From Lingula anatina (lineage: Eukaryota; Animalia; Brachiopoda), in NCBI GenBank assembly GCA_051362555.1, contig CM120644.1:23644534-23708533 (forward strand): DNA of 64,000 bases, read 5' to 3'. The position numbers and the translations under genes are program-made. Under the pieces are notes generated by a model. It did no database searches and was not told the DNA's origin. It saw only the letters and a program-made list of their open reading frames with translations. Positions 41,220 to 54,755 of this stretch are shown one piece after another; the stretch's first letter is position 1, and every line of letters starts with the position of its first letter.

Positions 41220-42370
41220 TCCGCGCGTTTTTTTTCGCAAAAAATCTGAAATAATTTACATAGGTAGCCCATGGTAAGAATATGCCATAGACCAAGTTTC
41301 AGTGACCTTGACCTACTTTTCAAGGTCACAGGGGCTTTTAAAGGCAACATTTGTAAAATTTGAAATTGCCATTAGGCCTAAAGTATAAGCCATATGGCTA
41401 AGGGCCTTATGGTCAATGATACTGAGCCAAATCCACAGATAATGACCTACTTTTATGTAAGTAGGTCAAGGTCAAATTCGCTAATGGCCAAACGGGCTCA
41501 AAAAAGGTTTGTTTCCGTTATCTCAAAAAGGAAGGAAGGCCCAGAGACCCGATCATAGTGGCAAATTATGCCCTTTATATTTATCTAAGGTTAGCTGTAC
41601 TTTGGTAGCGGCTGCCTAATTACTTTTTTTAATATAGATTTTTAAATATTTATGACATTGCAGAAATCTTGAGCTTGGCAATTTCTCCATGAAACACTGG
41701 TTTTTGGTCATAGCATGCTATAGTGAACTACCCCAAACATATACCCAAAACCCCCACATCAAATGTCAAATTTATATATGTCGGCGTTTATTATTCTCGT
41801 TGCAATGTATAAGCATAGGCAACTCAAATCTTTATTCGTCTATTTAACACTTTTCTATTTTGAGGTGGGATAGCAATCGGTATGGGGCGTAACTTCATCC
41901 CTGACTGACAAGATTTTATCACGAAAATTGGCAGAGTTGGCCACAAGTGAATAGGCTACAATCCCGTGCCGTCATTTTGGTTTAAATGTTTTTGTGGTGG
42001 AGTTATGAGCTCTTAGTTACAGATTTTCACTGCACAGAGGCACTGTTTTGCTCTATCAACGATATAATCTGAACTATTATTTTAAGATAAATCGCTGGCA
42101 GGATTTTGGAGTACTAATTGGTGTCATTAAATCAGCGTTGAAACGATTATCGTCGGAGCTCAGGTAAATGCAAAATTTGAGAAACGGGTTTTTCAGTTTT
42201 TACCCAAAAATCGCAATTATGACGTCACCCGTAAGATGATGTATGTCTAAATGTTAATTAACTGAGTCACTGAACACTGACGATCTATCTATTACCCAAA
42301 AGAATGTACGTAAGGCAGTAAATGAGGAGTTTTGGGCGAAGGGTGACAACATATCTTTAATATAGTTTAA
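41125..42370. mobile_element. Helentron-associated (HINE-like) non-autonomous element
   Basis: T-run, small hairpin ATTCCCC-ATAG-AGGAAT, (ATT)n microsatellite and TGACCTTGACC/CAAGGTCA motifs; right end uncertain. Confidence 0.45.
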
Positions 42371-42441
42371 TGTTGAGAGCAAAAGAGAAAGAGAGAGATG
42401 ACCCAACAGTGTGAACAGAAACTATGCATTACAAGAAACAC

Positions 42442-42447
42442 TTTATT
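42442..42447 (-). promoter_or_regulatory. Candidate polyadenylation signal for the ANKAR 3' UTR
   Basis: AATAAA on the minus strand ~1.3 kb after the stop, followed by T/TG-rich sequence. Another candidate lies near 43425. Confidence 0.35.
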
Positions 42448-43764
42448 GTAATAAAACGCAATGTGTCTTCTGTTCTTCGTAAATATATACGTAAATTGTA
42501 ATATCTCATTGAGTTATACTTTAACAAACATGGACGGCTTAGCATCTTTTTCCATTGTTGGCTTTACATTCTCGAGGAGAACGCATTGGGTATTTAATAA
42601 CCTGTCATACGTAAGATAATATTTTAAAAAATTATAACAAAATGGATGGTATTCATACATAATATCACATCTAAAAATAAAGCTTGCTACTCAATAGCAC
42701 ACAAAATATACATTATTGTAAAATATAAATAAATTTAAAAAAAAAAAAAAACTTAACTGTCGCCTGTTTAGCATATGCTATACAGTATAATGCAGCGTAG
42801 TATACAGCTTGAAAAAGCAACAGAACTGCTATGACAATATTCTAACTGAGCAATGATCATTTCTGTTAAAAATATAAGGCTTCAATACAAAGATAAACCC
42901 TGTGTCAGATTACGCCTATTTACATCAGTTTTTTGGGAAAGCAGTCGAAGTCTTCTTCAAACAAAATATAAAAACAATGCAATAAAATAAAAATAGAAAA
43001 TATACATAATTTAAAATTAAATAACTTACAAATAATTCACCAAGCTGCGCTCTTTGAATAAGTTGACACCATTATAACGTTAATGATAAGATACATAATG
43101 CTTACTACGCTACAGTAGAAGCCTGCAAATAAACAGCATCTTGTTCTCGAGTCGTTTCTCATAGCCTAGGTGTACAGTCTTCTCTATTTACCCCGGGGTA
43201 CAGTAAAGAGTGCCAGGAATATATATACACACACATGTAGGAAAACTGGAGCCTACTTTCTCTGAGGAAATTGGATTGTATTTAAAGTCATAAAATGGTT
43301 CATTGTCAATGCTCCTTACACATATAATATAATACATGTATATGATGATGATAATCATATAAATATAATTTAGATGAAAGGAAAACTTTTTTGCCACAAC
43401 TGACCATGGCCATCACAGCTGTTTTATTCCCTATAAAATCAAACTTCTTATGTTCTATTTTTGTACTTTATCGAAAAAAGCAAGCACAGCAATTATATCT
43501 TAATTCCCCCCCCCAAAAAAAAAAATCTCCCCACTGCCCCAGCATCTAAAAGACTAAGTCTGAGCATTTTCATCTGATCAGGGAATGTTCAAGTCCACTC
43601 TCCCCCCCCCCCCCCCCCCCAATTCCTTCACAACCCAGCCCAACTTCAGCTCTCACGCAGCAAACCAACAATAATATAAATAGCCTGTACAATGTTCTTT
43701 CTTAATCCGTCTCTTTCCCTGGCCTTCGTTAAAATATTTACACTGTCAAATATTTTAACAGTCG

Positions 43765-43868
43765 TCATTTTTTCCAGGCACCAATCGATGTCTTCATGGC
43801 GCCCACTGCTTTGGATGATCTCTCTGGAGAGACTGGAGAGCCACTACGCTTACTTAAAAATGATTTTC
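43765..43868 (-). CDS. ANKAR: ANKAR terminal coding exon (GKSFLSKRSGSP...IGAWKK*)
   Basis: TTTCAG|GA acceptor, in frame to TGA at 43765-43767. Confidence 0.75.
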
Positions 43869-46800
43869 CTGAAAAGATTTAAAATTCAGAGTTAAAAAGA
43901 ATACTTAAGCAACTGTAAATCAGTTGCAGTATCTTTATATCAACTGTTGTTTCTCTTGTTGGTTAACAACTACTGTTGCTGTTTCTCTAAATTACAAATC
44001 ACAAATACAATTTAATCCCATAACCAAAAAGTGAAAATATGATAAATAAATAGTGACAAAAATAACTAAAATCAATGGTCATAAGCATTAAATTCATAAC
44101 TCTACTCTGTACCCAAAATTCTAACAGACCAAACTCATTTTTACGACTTCATCAACTTTTAAACAAAATCAACAATTCTTACACACAATTTTTTTCATCA
44201 CATATATTAACTAAAATCAATTATTTACTAAACATGCTAAAATACTTATGCACAAAACTAATTATCGAACTGCTCACCATCTTGCGCTGCCGAAAGGGCT
44301 GAGGTCCTGTTGCGAAGTGCGGGTGCGGATTTGGCGCGTCCTACTGATGATGGCGGGGAACTTGGGGGAGGACGACGGAAGCTGTGCGTGGTGTAAGGTC
44401 TGTTTCCTGAAATATCAAGTTACATAACATTTATCTATTTGTATAGGTGACAGCATGCAGCTGGTTCTTACCTGACCATTTTAATTGAGTTCTAACATGA
44501 TGTCATTATAAATAAAGTTATGGCTTGAGTCTACCTCTTCCTTAACAATAATTACTTTTTTTTTCAATTAACTCTGATATGTACGTAATTGATCACATAA
44601 CCTCGACCTGTATTAACACGTTTAAATGATCCTACAACTGGCTATGTGGGAAACTTTCACATCTTTAACTGGGAGAATGTAAACATTGTGAAGTGCATAG
44701 TGCTAAAAAGTTGTGATGGGTCAAAATGGGAGTATATATGTATGTTGACAGCAATCAACGTTTCCATCAGTGACAGCAGCAACAGTGCATAAAAAGAGTA
44801 CAACATTGGAAAAATGCCCAAATTAACCAGTGGCAGATTTTCTAGCATCATACTGCAGTATTTATAGGTCAGAATTGATTTGGTTTTAACAGTGTAATAT
44901 GGTAACAAGTGAAAAAAAATTCTGACATAAAGGAAAGAATGTCACTATAAGGTGATGTGACTCCGTGAGGTGTAGCAATAACAGTAACAGTGCTGCCGCA
45001 TTGGTGACAACATCAACAATGTTACCCAGCATCAGCAGTAGCCATGTTAGTATGCAGCAAAGGAAAGCTGCGGCAAGTTTCGAGCTCAGCTTTTATCTCC
45101 TTTTTATTGGGCGGCCGATAGAAGTTAGTGGGCCGAAAGTTTTTCTTTAGCTTAGATCCTGTACATGTGGTAGTTTAGAGAGCGAGCGAGATAATTTAAA
45201 AGATGATGATGAAAAAATATTTTAAATAGATTCAATGCACTTCTATCAAACTTTTCACAGAGATTATTTAAGTTAAAACTTGCTCATCATTCATATAAAA
45301 TAACTGTTTTTTCCTTTTCACACTATCCATATAACTGTTTCAATAGCTGAAATAAATAAATGAGTTCAAATACTTGCAAGTATGTAATTTACTTCAATAA
45401 CTTACAAATGTATTGTTCAAACTGTTAAAAAAACTTCAATAATTTATAAATCTAAAATTGTAAAAAAAAAAAAAAAAAAAAATTACTCACCATCTCTCAC
45501 AATGTTGTGAGGAATAATGGGAGGCCCTCCATTAATTTCCAGGCTGAAAAATTAAAAAAAAATAAATAAATGAATAAAATTAACATTAAAAAAATAAAAT
45601 AAATATGTCCAATGTCAGTGTATGAAATGGCCGCCTGCCCGCCAGCCCGAGGCTGGTAACTTTCAGGCCGGGCGGGTAAGATTTGCAGATTACCCGCCCG
45701 ACGGGCTGGCTGTTTTTACAGCCTATTTTCACCTTTTATTTTGTCTATGTTCACAAGCGATTTCAGCAAAATATCAAATAAACTCACTGTTTTCACCCAC
45801 TTTCATAGAAGCAAAGAACTAACCATAGCTTGCAATCGAACGCTCGTATCGAAATGTAACTAACAGTCTCCCTCTCAGTGGCCTCGTTTTCGAAGTTCTG
45901 TCTGTGTGATATGAAGTTGAAAGACAATTTGAAACGAGGCACAATGTTCTTAACCAGCTTCAGTGCACAGCAGATAACGTTACGTCATTGTTTTGTGTAG
46001 AGGAGATACCGCGAGTAGCAATTTGTAGGTTGAGAGTAATAAAAATGTGAAAGTATAAAAAGTTATGATATTGATTAAATCGACTTATAGGTACATGAAG
46101 TGCTTATAATCGACAGTAATAAAGGCAATGGAGGCAAATAAAAGGAGAATTTTACAAAAAATTTGAATCCCAAAATTATGAGTGAACGTACGAGTTTACG
46201 CCGTGCGTCAGATGTAGTTCTTTTCCCACGTGCTTTCATCTTGGGCTGTCAAAAATGAAAAAATTCTATCAAGTCCGATAGAGAAGTTCACAAAAGAAAA
46301 ACAATTGAGGAAAGAAATAAAACTAACAAAGATTACGACAGAACCAAACGAAAGAGAACAAATTGGGACCAATGGAAAGGTGACTTCGATTTGCAATTAG
46401 TCGAGCGGCAACATTTTTTTTTCGTAAAACCGTAACTCGAAAGTATCACGCATTGCGACCGAGCGCAAGCATCTCGATCCAATAACTCGTCCATACTCGC
46501 CCCATATAAAAATGATATTGTAGCCTCTATGTGATATATATAGCTATTCTCAATAAGCAATGCTTTCGAGATACAGGACTGTCTATGGGCCATTAGCGTG
46601 CAGGACCGTTCCCGACCGCTTTTTAAAGCTTAAAAGCGATATTCAAAGGGACCCTACGTGCTAAATTTTTTCTTCTTTATTGTTAGCACAGAGATCGATT
46701 TATTTGACAACAATATATATATATATTTTTGGTCATACTTGTTGCTATACAAAAAAGCAAAAATTATGATCAAATTATATCACGAAATCGGAATAAAAGT

Positions 46801-49127
46801 TATGAATAAATTATTGACGAAGAAATGAGACAGCCTGCAAGGTGAACATAAACTGAATTGACTACCCCCGCCCTCCCCCGACTGCTAAAGGGCCCTGAAA
46901 ATTTTTGGTATTTTAGATGGTGAATAGTGCCATTTGGTATGGTTTAGTACTATGATTCAACTAGTGAAAATCTTATTTCAAGAGGTGAGTTATTTTTTTA
47001 CAGAAATTAAAAGGGGGGCGTCAGGAGCCCCTCTATCCCTCTAAATCCAACACTGACAAGGTATCATTCAGTAGAAATTCCAAACAATTTCTAAATTTCC
47101 ATGCATAAGGCATGATATTGCCCTTTCATTTCCAAATTACTCTCCCAAGAATGCATTCTAGACCCCCTCAGCATACCTCTCTTAACTCTAGGGGTTATCG
47201 TAAATAGGGCAGGTAACTACATGGCCGGGCTGGTAACTTTTCAGAGTTACCTGCCCGGCGGTCTGGCAAGTAATTTCCTTGAATTTCATACACTGCCAAT
47301 GTGATAAGTTTCCGACTTTCTAGCTATCAATATATCATTTTTTTTTCAACAAAAAACATGTGAATAACTTTGTAAAGTAATAGAAGGTAAAAGCATCATT
47401 AAAATAGACATCTCGTGAACAAACTACAGTACCTCTGCGATGGCAGCCCAACCAGCTTAGCTCGCTTAAAATCATCCACAAAGTCAGCGCTGATCTTTGG
47501 ATTCAGCCCAATATTGTCCATGAGCAGGTCGTAATACTTGGGGCGGTTCCTGCAGGCCACAAGTAGCGCCCTCGCTGCCGTCTTGTTGAAGGAGAGGTAC
47601 CCCAGAGCACAGGCAACGGCCGAACGGACCTCCTCGCTGTCAGAGAACAGGTGCTCCAGGAGATGGTTGATGGCGCCAGAGGTGATCATGGCATCTGGGA
47701 TCCCTGCGCGAGTGTGGGCAAGACTGGCCATGAAGCTGCCTGGAAGACATGGGGAAGAGAAGGTGTGAGTAAAGATGCAGGCAAGTGACAGTACTGGAAC
47801 AGGATACAATGGAATTTGTCGACAAATCTGAATTATTCATTGCAATTGTCAAGTCTGGTGAAGGTTGTGAATGGGTTAGGAAGTGGACACTTGGAAAATG
47901 GTAACAAAGCTAAGACAGGAGGCTCAGTGGTCAAGTAACAGGGTCAAGGCTAAGGTCATCTAATTGAGCAGGACCAAAGTGTAGATCAACCATTTAATGA
48001 ATGGGGTCAAGGCTGACATTAACCACCTGATGAAGTAACGAAAACAAAGTTGTGTGTGGCTGTGTAGTAAAGTAACTGAATCAGAATAGCATTATAGGGG
48101 GAATAAGTAACAGAGTCCAGATGTCAGAGATAGGATCAAGGTTAAGACATCAAAATAAGTAGGTCAAGGTCAAGCCATACCTGCCAGAATGACTGTATTA
48201 TGTTCATGTGACCCCAGCAGTCTGACCAGTGTGGTCACTCCTCTAGCGGTCAGCGTCACCTGGTCTATGTCCACTATCACTCTGGCCAGAACCACAATCT
48301 GTGGAAGGAAAATATTCAAAATTTTATTAATGTGACATATGTACTGAATTCACTGGCTTAAATATTATTGCTTTTCCTTGGTACTCATTTCATATATGAG
48401 TTGCCATACAAAAAATGATTCATTCTGACCAATATTCCATCCCTTCAATTTCTTTGCCCTGGTCCAATTCATTAACCTTGTGCTCCCTCACCGCCACCAA
48501 CTTTTCCAGGTAAAACCCATCTCTGCCAGTGTTGTCATACCTAAAAAACAGCACACACTCTATGCTGACCATTCTCGTGTTACTATCTCAACCCTTCTCG
48601 TCCCCAGACCCCCCCCTATCTACCAGTACCTGGAATGCAGCAAAGTATGCCTTAACTCCTCGCTGTACAGTCCCCACCCCTCCTTTCCCAGGTAAATCCC
48701 CCTATTTTGCCAGTGTTGTCATACCTAGAAGGCAGCAAATGCCTGCCAGTCCATCTTGTACCACCCCCCCACCCCACCCCAACCCTAGGTAACCCCTCTC
48801 CTCTCTCTGCCAGTGTTGTCATACCTGGAAAGCAGCAAATGCCTGCCAGTCCTCCTTGTACCAGCCCCTCATCTCCACCCTACCTTACCCAGACAACCAT
48901 GCCTCTCTTTGCCATACCTGGAAAGCAGCAAATGCCTGCCAGTCCTCCTTGTACCCCCCCCCCCACACACATACACACACAGACACACACACAATCTCTG
49001 CCATACCTGGAAAGCAGCAAATGCCTGCCAGTCCTCCTTGTACCCCCCCCCCCCCCCCACACACACACACACACAATCTCTGCCATACCTGGAAGGCAGC
49101 AAATGCCTGCCAGTCCTCCTTGTACCC

Positions 49128-49183
<56 letters not shown>

Positions 49184-50087
49184 CTGCCAGTACCTGGAAG
49201 GCAGCAAATGCCTGCCAGTCCTCCTTGTACCCCCCCCCCCCCCCCACACACACACACACACTTAATCTCTGCCAGTACCTGGAAGGCAGCAAATGCCTGC
49301 CAGTCCTCTTTGTCACTCTCCAGCAGATCTTTAAAGCAGCTGTACTTGATGCCGCCCGCCTCTCTGATGTTATACTGCTGTGGGGTGTTGTTAAATGCAA
49401 ACACAGCCAGCGCCATGCCTGCCTTCAGGCGGATATTCTGAAATATACCATACCTCATGTTAGATAATTTTCACACTGAATGTTCTTTGGTTTTCAATTT
49501 TTTGCAGAGACTAAACAACTAGTGATTAAAGAGGAGATTTTGTGTCTAAAGAATTTAATGATTCGACTTAGGGTCAGGGAGCACCTTTTGAGATATTCTC
49601 TTTTGATTTTAATTTTATAAACTGTCAAAAGTGGTAAGAACTGGTTTTTGCTGATCTTTAATTAAAAAAAAAAATAATAAAATAAAATATTACCATTTTC
49701 TTGGACACCAGCAAATCCAGCAGCAAGTTGAACTTGAAATCCGTCTCTGCCTTCAGCAGTTCCTGGTTCTCCGTGTTACACAGCACAATACATCCCAGCG
49801 TGTTGGCCACCTCCACCTGGATGTCTGGAGACGGAGGCTTCACCAGGAGCTTCACAAGGATACTGATGCCGTTTTCTTCTGCTATCTTCTTCTGCACCAG
49901 TTTGTTGTTTCTGTGGGCAACGCCTGGAGGGTGATATAAGCAATGTTTCAATGCCAATATTTTAAAAGTAAATGCTTTAAAATAGATAAATAAAATAAGT
50001 ATCAATAAATGATAAGAGTGAACGAAAATGTCACCCATACTTCTTTTTTTTATAATTAAAAGAAAATATAGGTCTGTCTGCGTATGC

Positions 50088-50130
<43 letters not shown>

Positions 50131-50248
50131 TGAATAAAAGGGAGACAGAGAGAGAGTGTGTGTGTGTGAAATAGAGAGAAAGAGAGGAAGAGAAATAGAG
50201 AGAGAGAGAGAGAAAGAAAGGGAGTAAGAAAGAGAGGAAGGGAGAAGT

Positions 50249-50283
<35 letters not shown>

Positions 50284-53200
50284 AGTGTCAGAGTGTGTGT
50301 GTGTGTGAGAGAGAGAGAAGAAAAAGAGAGAGATCAAGGTGTTTGGAGTGGACACCTTACCCACACACAGTGTTCCCAGGGTCTCAATGACCTGTCTCAG
50401 CACCCTCTCTGTGGTGTTGTTTGACCGCAGCAATCTGACCAGGGGTGAGATGCCGCCTTCATTGGTCATCTTGCTCTGGTTGTCCATGTTTTCTCTGCTC
50501 AAGGCAATCACAGCTCGGCAACCTTATAATTTATTAACATGACTTTCACTCAAGGTGTTAAATCAAATATATCTTTTCATATTTGTCATAAGTTACAACA
50601 TGAAATATTTTTTGTCATATTTTACTGCCATAAAATATTTCAGACCTTGCATGTTGCTAATGTCTAGAAAGTTATAAGGAATGACTGCAAAAAAGTCACT
50701 CGTAGTTTTTTTTATTATTTTTTTTTTAATTCCACAACAAATAACTCATTCATAGCTTGTAATTAAATCCTTATAATAGAATGCAAAATAACTGTGGATT
50801 AACATACAATAGCCAAGACAAATGCCTAACGAAATACTCCCATCTACTGGTTTTAAATGTAGTAGGATTAACAAAAAGAAACTAATTCAAGCATCTCACA
50901 TACCTACAAACTGTAACTTCTCAGACCCAGACAACAACATCTCAATGAGTTGATGAACACCTATCCTCTCTGCTATAAACTTCTGCTGTCTGTGGGTGTG
51001 CCCAGCTAACGCCCACAGTGCTGTGGCCCCCTGTTCCTTCACTGATACTGACCACACCTATGGATATTGTGATTAGAACAGTTATTTTACAGAAACTCAA
51101 CGTCAATTTTCTGATTTTGTATTTACAATTTTATTGCACACACATTAAATGACAGCATTTTCTTTTCGTAAATCTCTAAAGGAACACAATTCATATATAA
51201 CTTTGGCTTTCAAAGACAAAATTATTTATTTAATAAATTTATACTGACTTGAGTGCAAATTTAGCTTGATACACTCTATCCAAAACTGTTATGAAAAAAA
51301 AAATGTGCTTTTAAATTCTCATTTTCACTATCACAAAAACAATTAAAGGGTTTACTATTCAAGTATATATTTATAAATTTTATTAATTATATATTCAAGA
51401 GATAGACTAACCTTAAAGAACTTGGTGAGTACTTTAGGACACTCCAGCTCCAGAAAAGCATGTTGACTGGGAGGGTTGTTCTCAGCCAACGCCTCCACTG
51501 CGGCCGCGGCCTTGACCTGCACTGTGATGTTGCCACGCCCCTTAATCAGGTTGACCAATGGCCTACAGTTCATAAAAACATGGACGGAATTTAATTATGA
51601 TAAAATAAACTTACTTTCCATTTCTAGACAGGTTATTTTTACATGTTCACAGGCATTTTATATTAGATGAAGATCTAATAATAAAACAAGTAAATTTTTG
51701 AATTGAATAAGTTATAACAAAAATAAACTCATTTTCAGTTTTAGATCTGTTGCTGTTATGTATAAGATAAGGGTTATTTATTTATGATTTAATTTAAAGC
51801 ACCTGACTGCGCCCTCTGCCACTACTGCATCCTGGTTCTTACGATGTCCACGGCAAAGAGCTGCAATGGCGGCTGATGCCGCAGCTTGAAGAATATCTGA
51901 AAATTTCAGTTGCACACATAGTCAAAAATTTTAGCTGAATTTTAAAAGATAATAAAATATACTGCAATATGAAACGTCAAAATGCAATAGGTGAAGTCCC
52001 TTCTTTTCCCTGTTCTCTCATATGAAACATGTATCACTCTCTCTCTCTCTCTCCCAAATGTAATCTCTCTCTCTCTCTAAAGGTTTGTAGCAACACGTTT
52101 GCAGGGGTTTGAAAAAAAATTAATTGCTGCTGATTTGCAGCCATATTGCAGCACATTTGCAAGAACGAATTGCAGTTTGCTGCAATATTTCTACAAATTT
52201 GCAGCAGGCCTGACATTTTGCTAAGAGCTATCACCTGAGTTGACAGTCAGGAACTCCACCAGTGGCTCAATGCCTCCGCACTCCGCCACACACGACTGGT
52301 TGGTGTTATTATTTGTGCACATCACACGGATCGCGTTCACTGCGTTCACCAACACATCCTCAAGCACTGAGTCCAATAAATTGACCAATGGCTGAATGCC
52401 TCCTTGGTCCGTTATGGAGTCCTGGTTGTTATCGACACACGCCAAGTCTGATAATATTATCGCAGCACGGGATTGGATGTCATCCACAGGGGAGGATAAG
52501 AGCTTGATGAGGATTGGTCCAGCTTGAGCAGTTGTGAGAGCATGCCTGATTGGTTCGTGTTCTGATATGTTGCATAATGTAGCCGCAGCAACGGCCTGGA
52601 TTTCTTCGTTGTCGAGTTTGAGCAATTCCACCAGGGCAGAAACACCACCTGTAATTTTTGTAAAACATTTTAAATATCACACTTGTCTGATGCTACTATT
52701 ATCAATTTTTACCAAATAATTCCCTTAATTTACATAGAACCGCTTTTAAAAATTAAGCATTTTGTCTACTATACTGTCAATGAAAATGAAATATTCTTGT
52801 ACAATTATTAGAAAAAAAATCACTGCAACCAGATACATGTAGATCAAAGATGGATTCAATTTTAACTTTCAAACCAATAAACTTAATGCAACAACAACAA
52901 CCATCTGAAAAATTCCTGGACATTACCTTTACATTATACCTCACCTGTACCTACCTGCTTTCAAAACTGACTGCCAGCGTAAGGGATCTGAAGTAGACAA
53001 AGTCTCCATACACTTCACAACAAATGTACCTACCTGCCTTAAGTACTGACTGCCAGTGTAAAGAATCTGACGTAGACAAAGTCTCCATACACTTCACAAC
53101 AAATATACCTACCTGCCTTAAGTACTGACTGCCAGTGTAAAGGATCTGAAGTAGACAAAGTCTCCATACACTTCACAACAAATGTACCTACCTGCCTTAA

Positions 53201-54723
53201 GTACTGACTGCCAGTGTAAGGGATCAGAGGTAGACAAAGTCTCCATACACTTCACAGCACTGTCTTTCTTCTTGATGTCCTCATTCTTCATCATTCCTAG
53301 AACAGAGAGAGAGAGAGAGAGTTCCAATACAGACCTCGGTCTGCAGTATGCAGTCTGTACTTACTTCCTATTTTCTATGGGTTAATTGATCATGAGATAT
53401 CAGTTATCCCACCCATTGCTCATGCTGTCAACATTTTTAATAAGACATAAATTTCAGCATTGCAATTAAAAAAAAAAAAAAAAAATTGCAACAACAAATA
53501 TAATAACTGAAAATCCTTGTAATCTGTTCATAAAACAGTCTGCTTCTCCCCTGTACCGGTACACTATTGTACAGTTACTGTTACGCCAACTACAACCATT
53601 ACTGACGAAATCCTCAGCTGACTGATATACACCAGTACACCACAGTTGCCATGGTAACAAGCTGACCAACCAACCAACCAACCAACCCACCCACATACGA
53701 CTGAATCCCAGACCAGTACAAAGGTTGCAGTTACACTGACTTAAATTTTCCGTTTCCAAGGAAGTCCAAAGTTGTCTGAAATACACCACAGTTGCCATGG
53801 TAACAAGCTATCAAACCAACTAATCAACATACCTACGAGTAAGTCCCATACGGGCAGTTCTTTATTGTCCCACTTGATCAGCCACTCCAGGACATGTGTG
53901 TGTAGTTTGAGGGTGGCCAGGTGAACCATGTTGTTCTTGTTGGAGTCACAGGCTGTGATCTTAGCTTGTAGGTTGATCAGACATATCACGCAGTCCAGTG
54001 CCCCAGCACCTGCCGCCAGCAGCAAGGGAGGGGATCGAAGACTGGAAGGTTGAAATTTTAGTAATGATGGTATCAATTCATATAAAAGGTAAAACCTATT
54101 CATTGATCATGATCCTGATTAGTATTCTTTTTTAAATACTATTATAAAATTCTACTTCCATAGCCATTAACATTAAAATATTATTCAATATTATATAATG
54201 TTATCATTTTTCAAATAACTTTTATAACAATAAAAAATAATTAAAAAGTACATTTGTAAATTTTAAGCATTTGCAAAAAAGTTGATCAATGTGGTGATAA
54301 TTTTGCTTGACTGAAATAAGTCCCCATTTCTTAAAACTGTACATGCCAAATATAATGACACATCTGGTTGCAACCCGATGTAAAATTTCTTTGAGAAACT
54401 TTCATTAGGCTTAATAATTATACATTATCCCTCAAACAGAACTCACTCATTTTTGGTTGGTAACTCCAGCAGAGCCGGCTGCCTCCTGATCATCAGCTGT
54501 AACACAGGGGCGTTATCAAAGAACGCAGCGTGATGCACAGGCGCCCAGCCAATGCTGTCATGGATGAGAGGGTTACTGAACGGCATACTCATCAGGCATG
54601 CCGCGGCATCCAGGGAGCCGCAACGGGCTGCAAGATGGAGGGGAGTGGGACCTGAAAAGGGCAAGTATTCCAAAATAACTGATACAGGTATTCTAATAAA
54701 GTGATAGTTTGAATACTACAAAG

Positions 54724-54755
<32 letters not shown>

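Noticed and set aside
48520-49310. CRISPR-like array (35 bp repeats with variable spacers)
   Set aside because: The repeat is a copy of the ANKAR exon end and the spacers are microsatellite or poly-C; eukaryotic context and no cas genes
48707-49467. Long Pro/His/Thr-rich plus-strand ORFs (244, 203, 150 aa)
   Set aside because: Products of the tandem repeat and antisense to ANKAR
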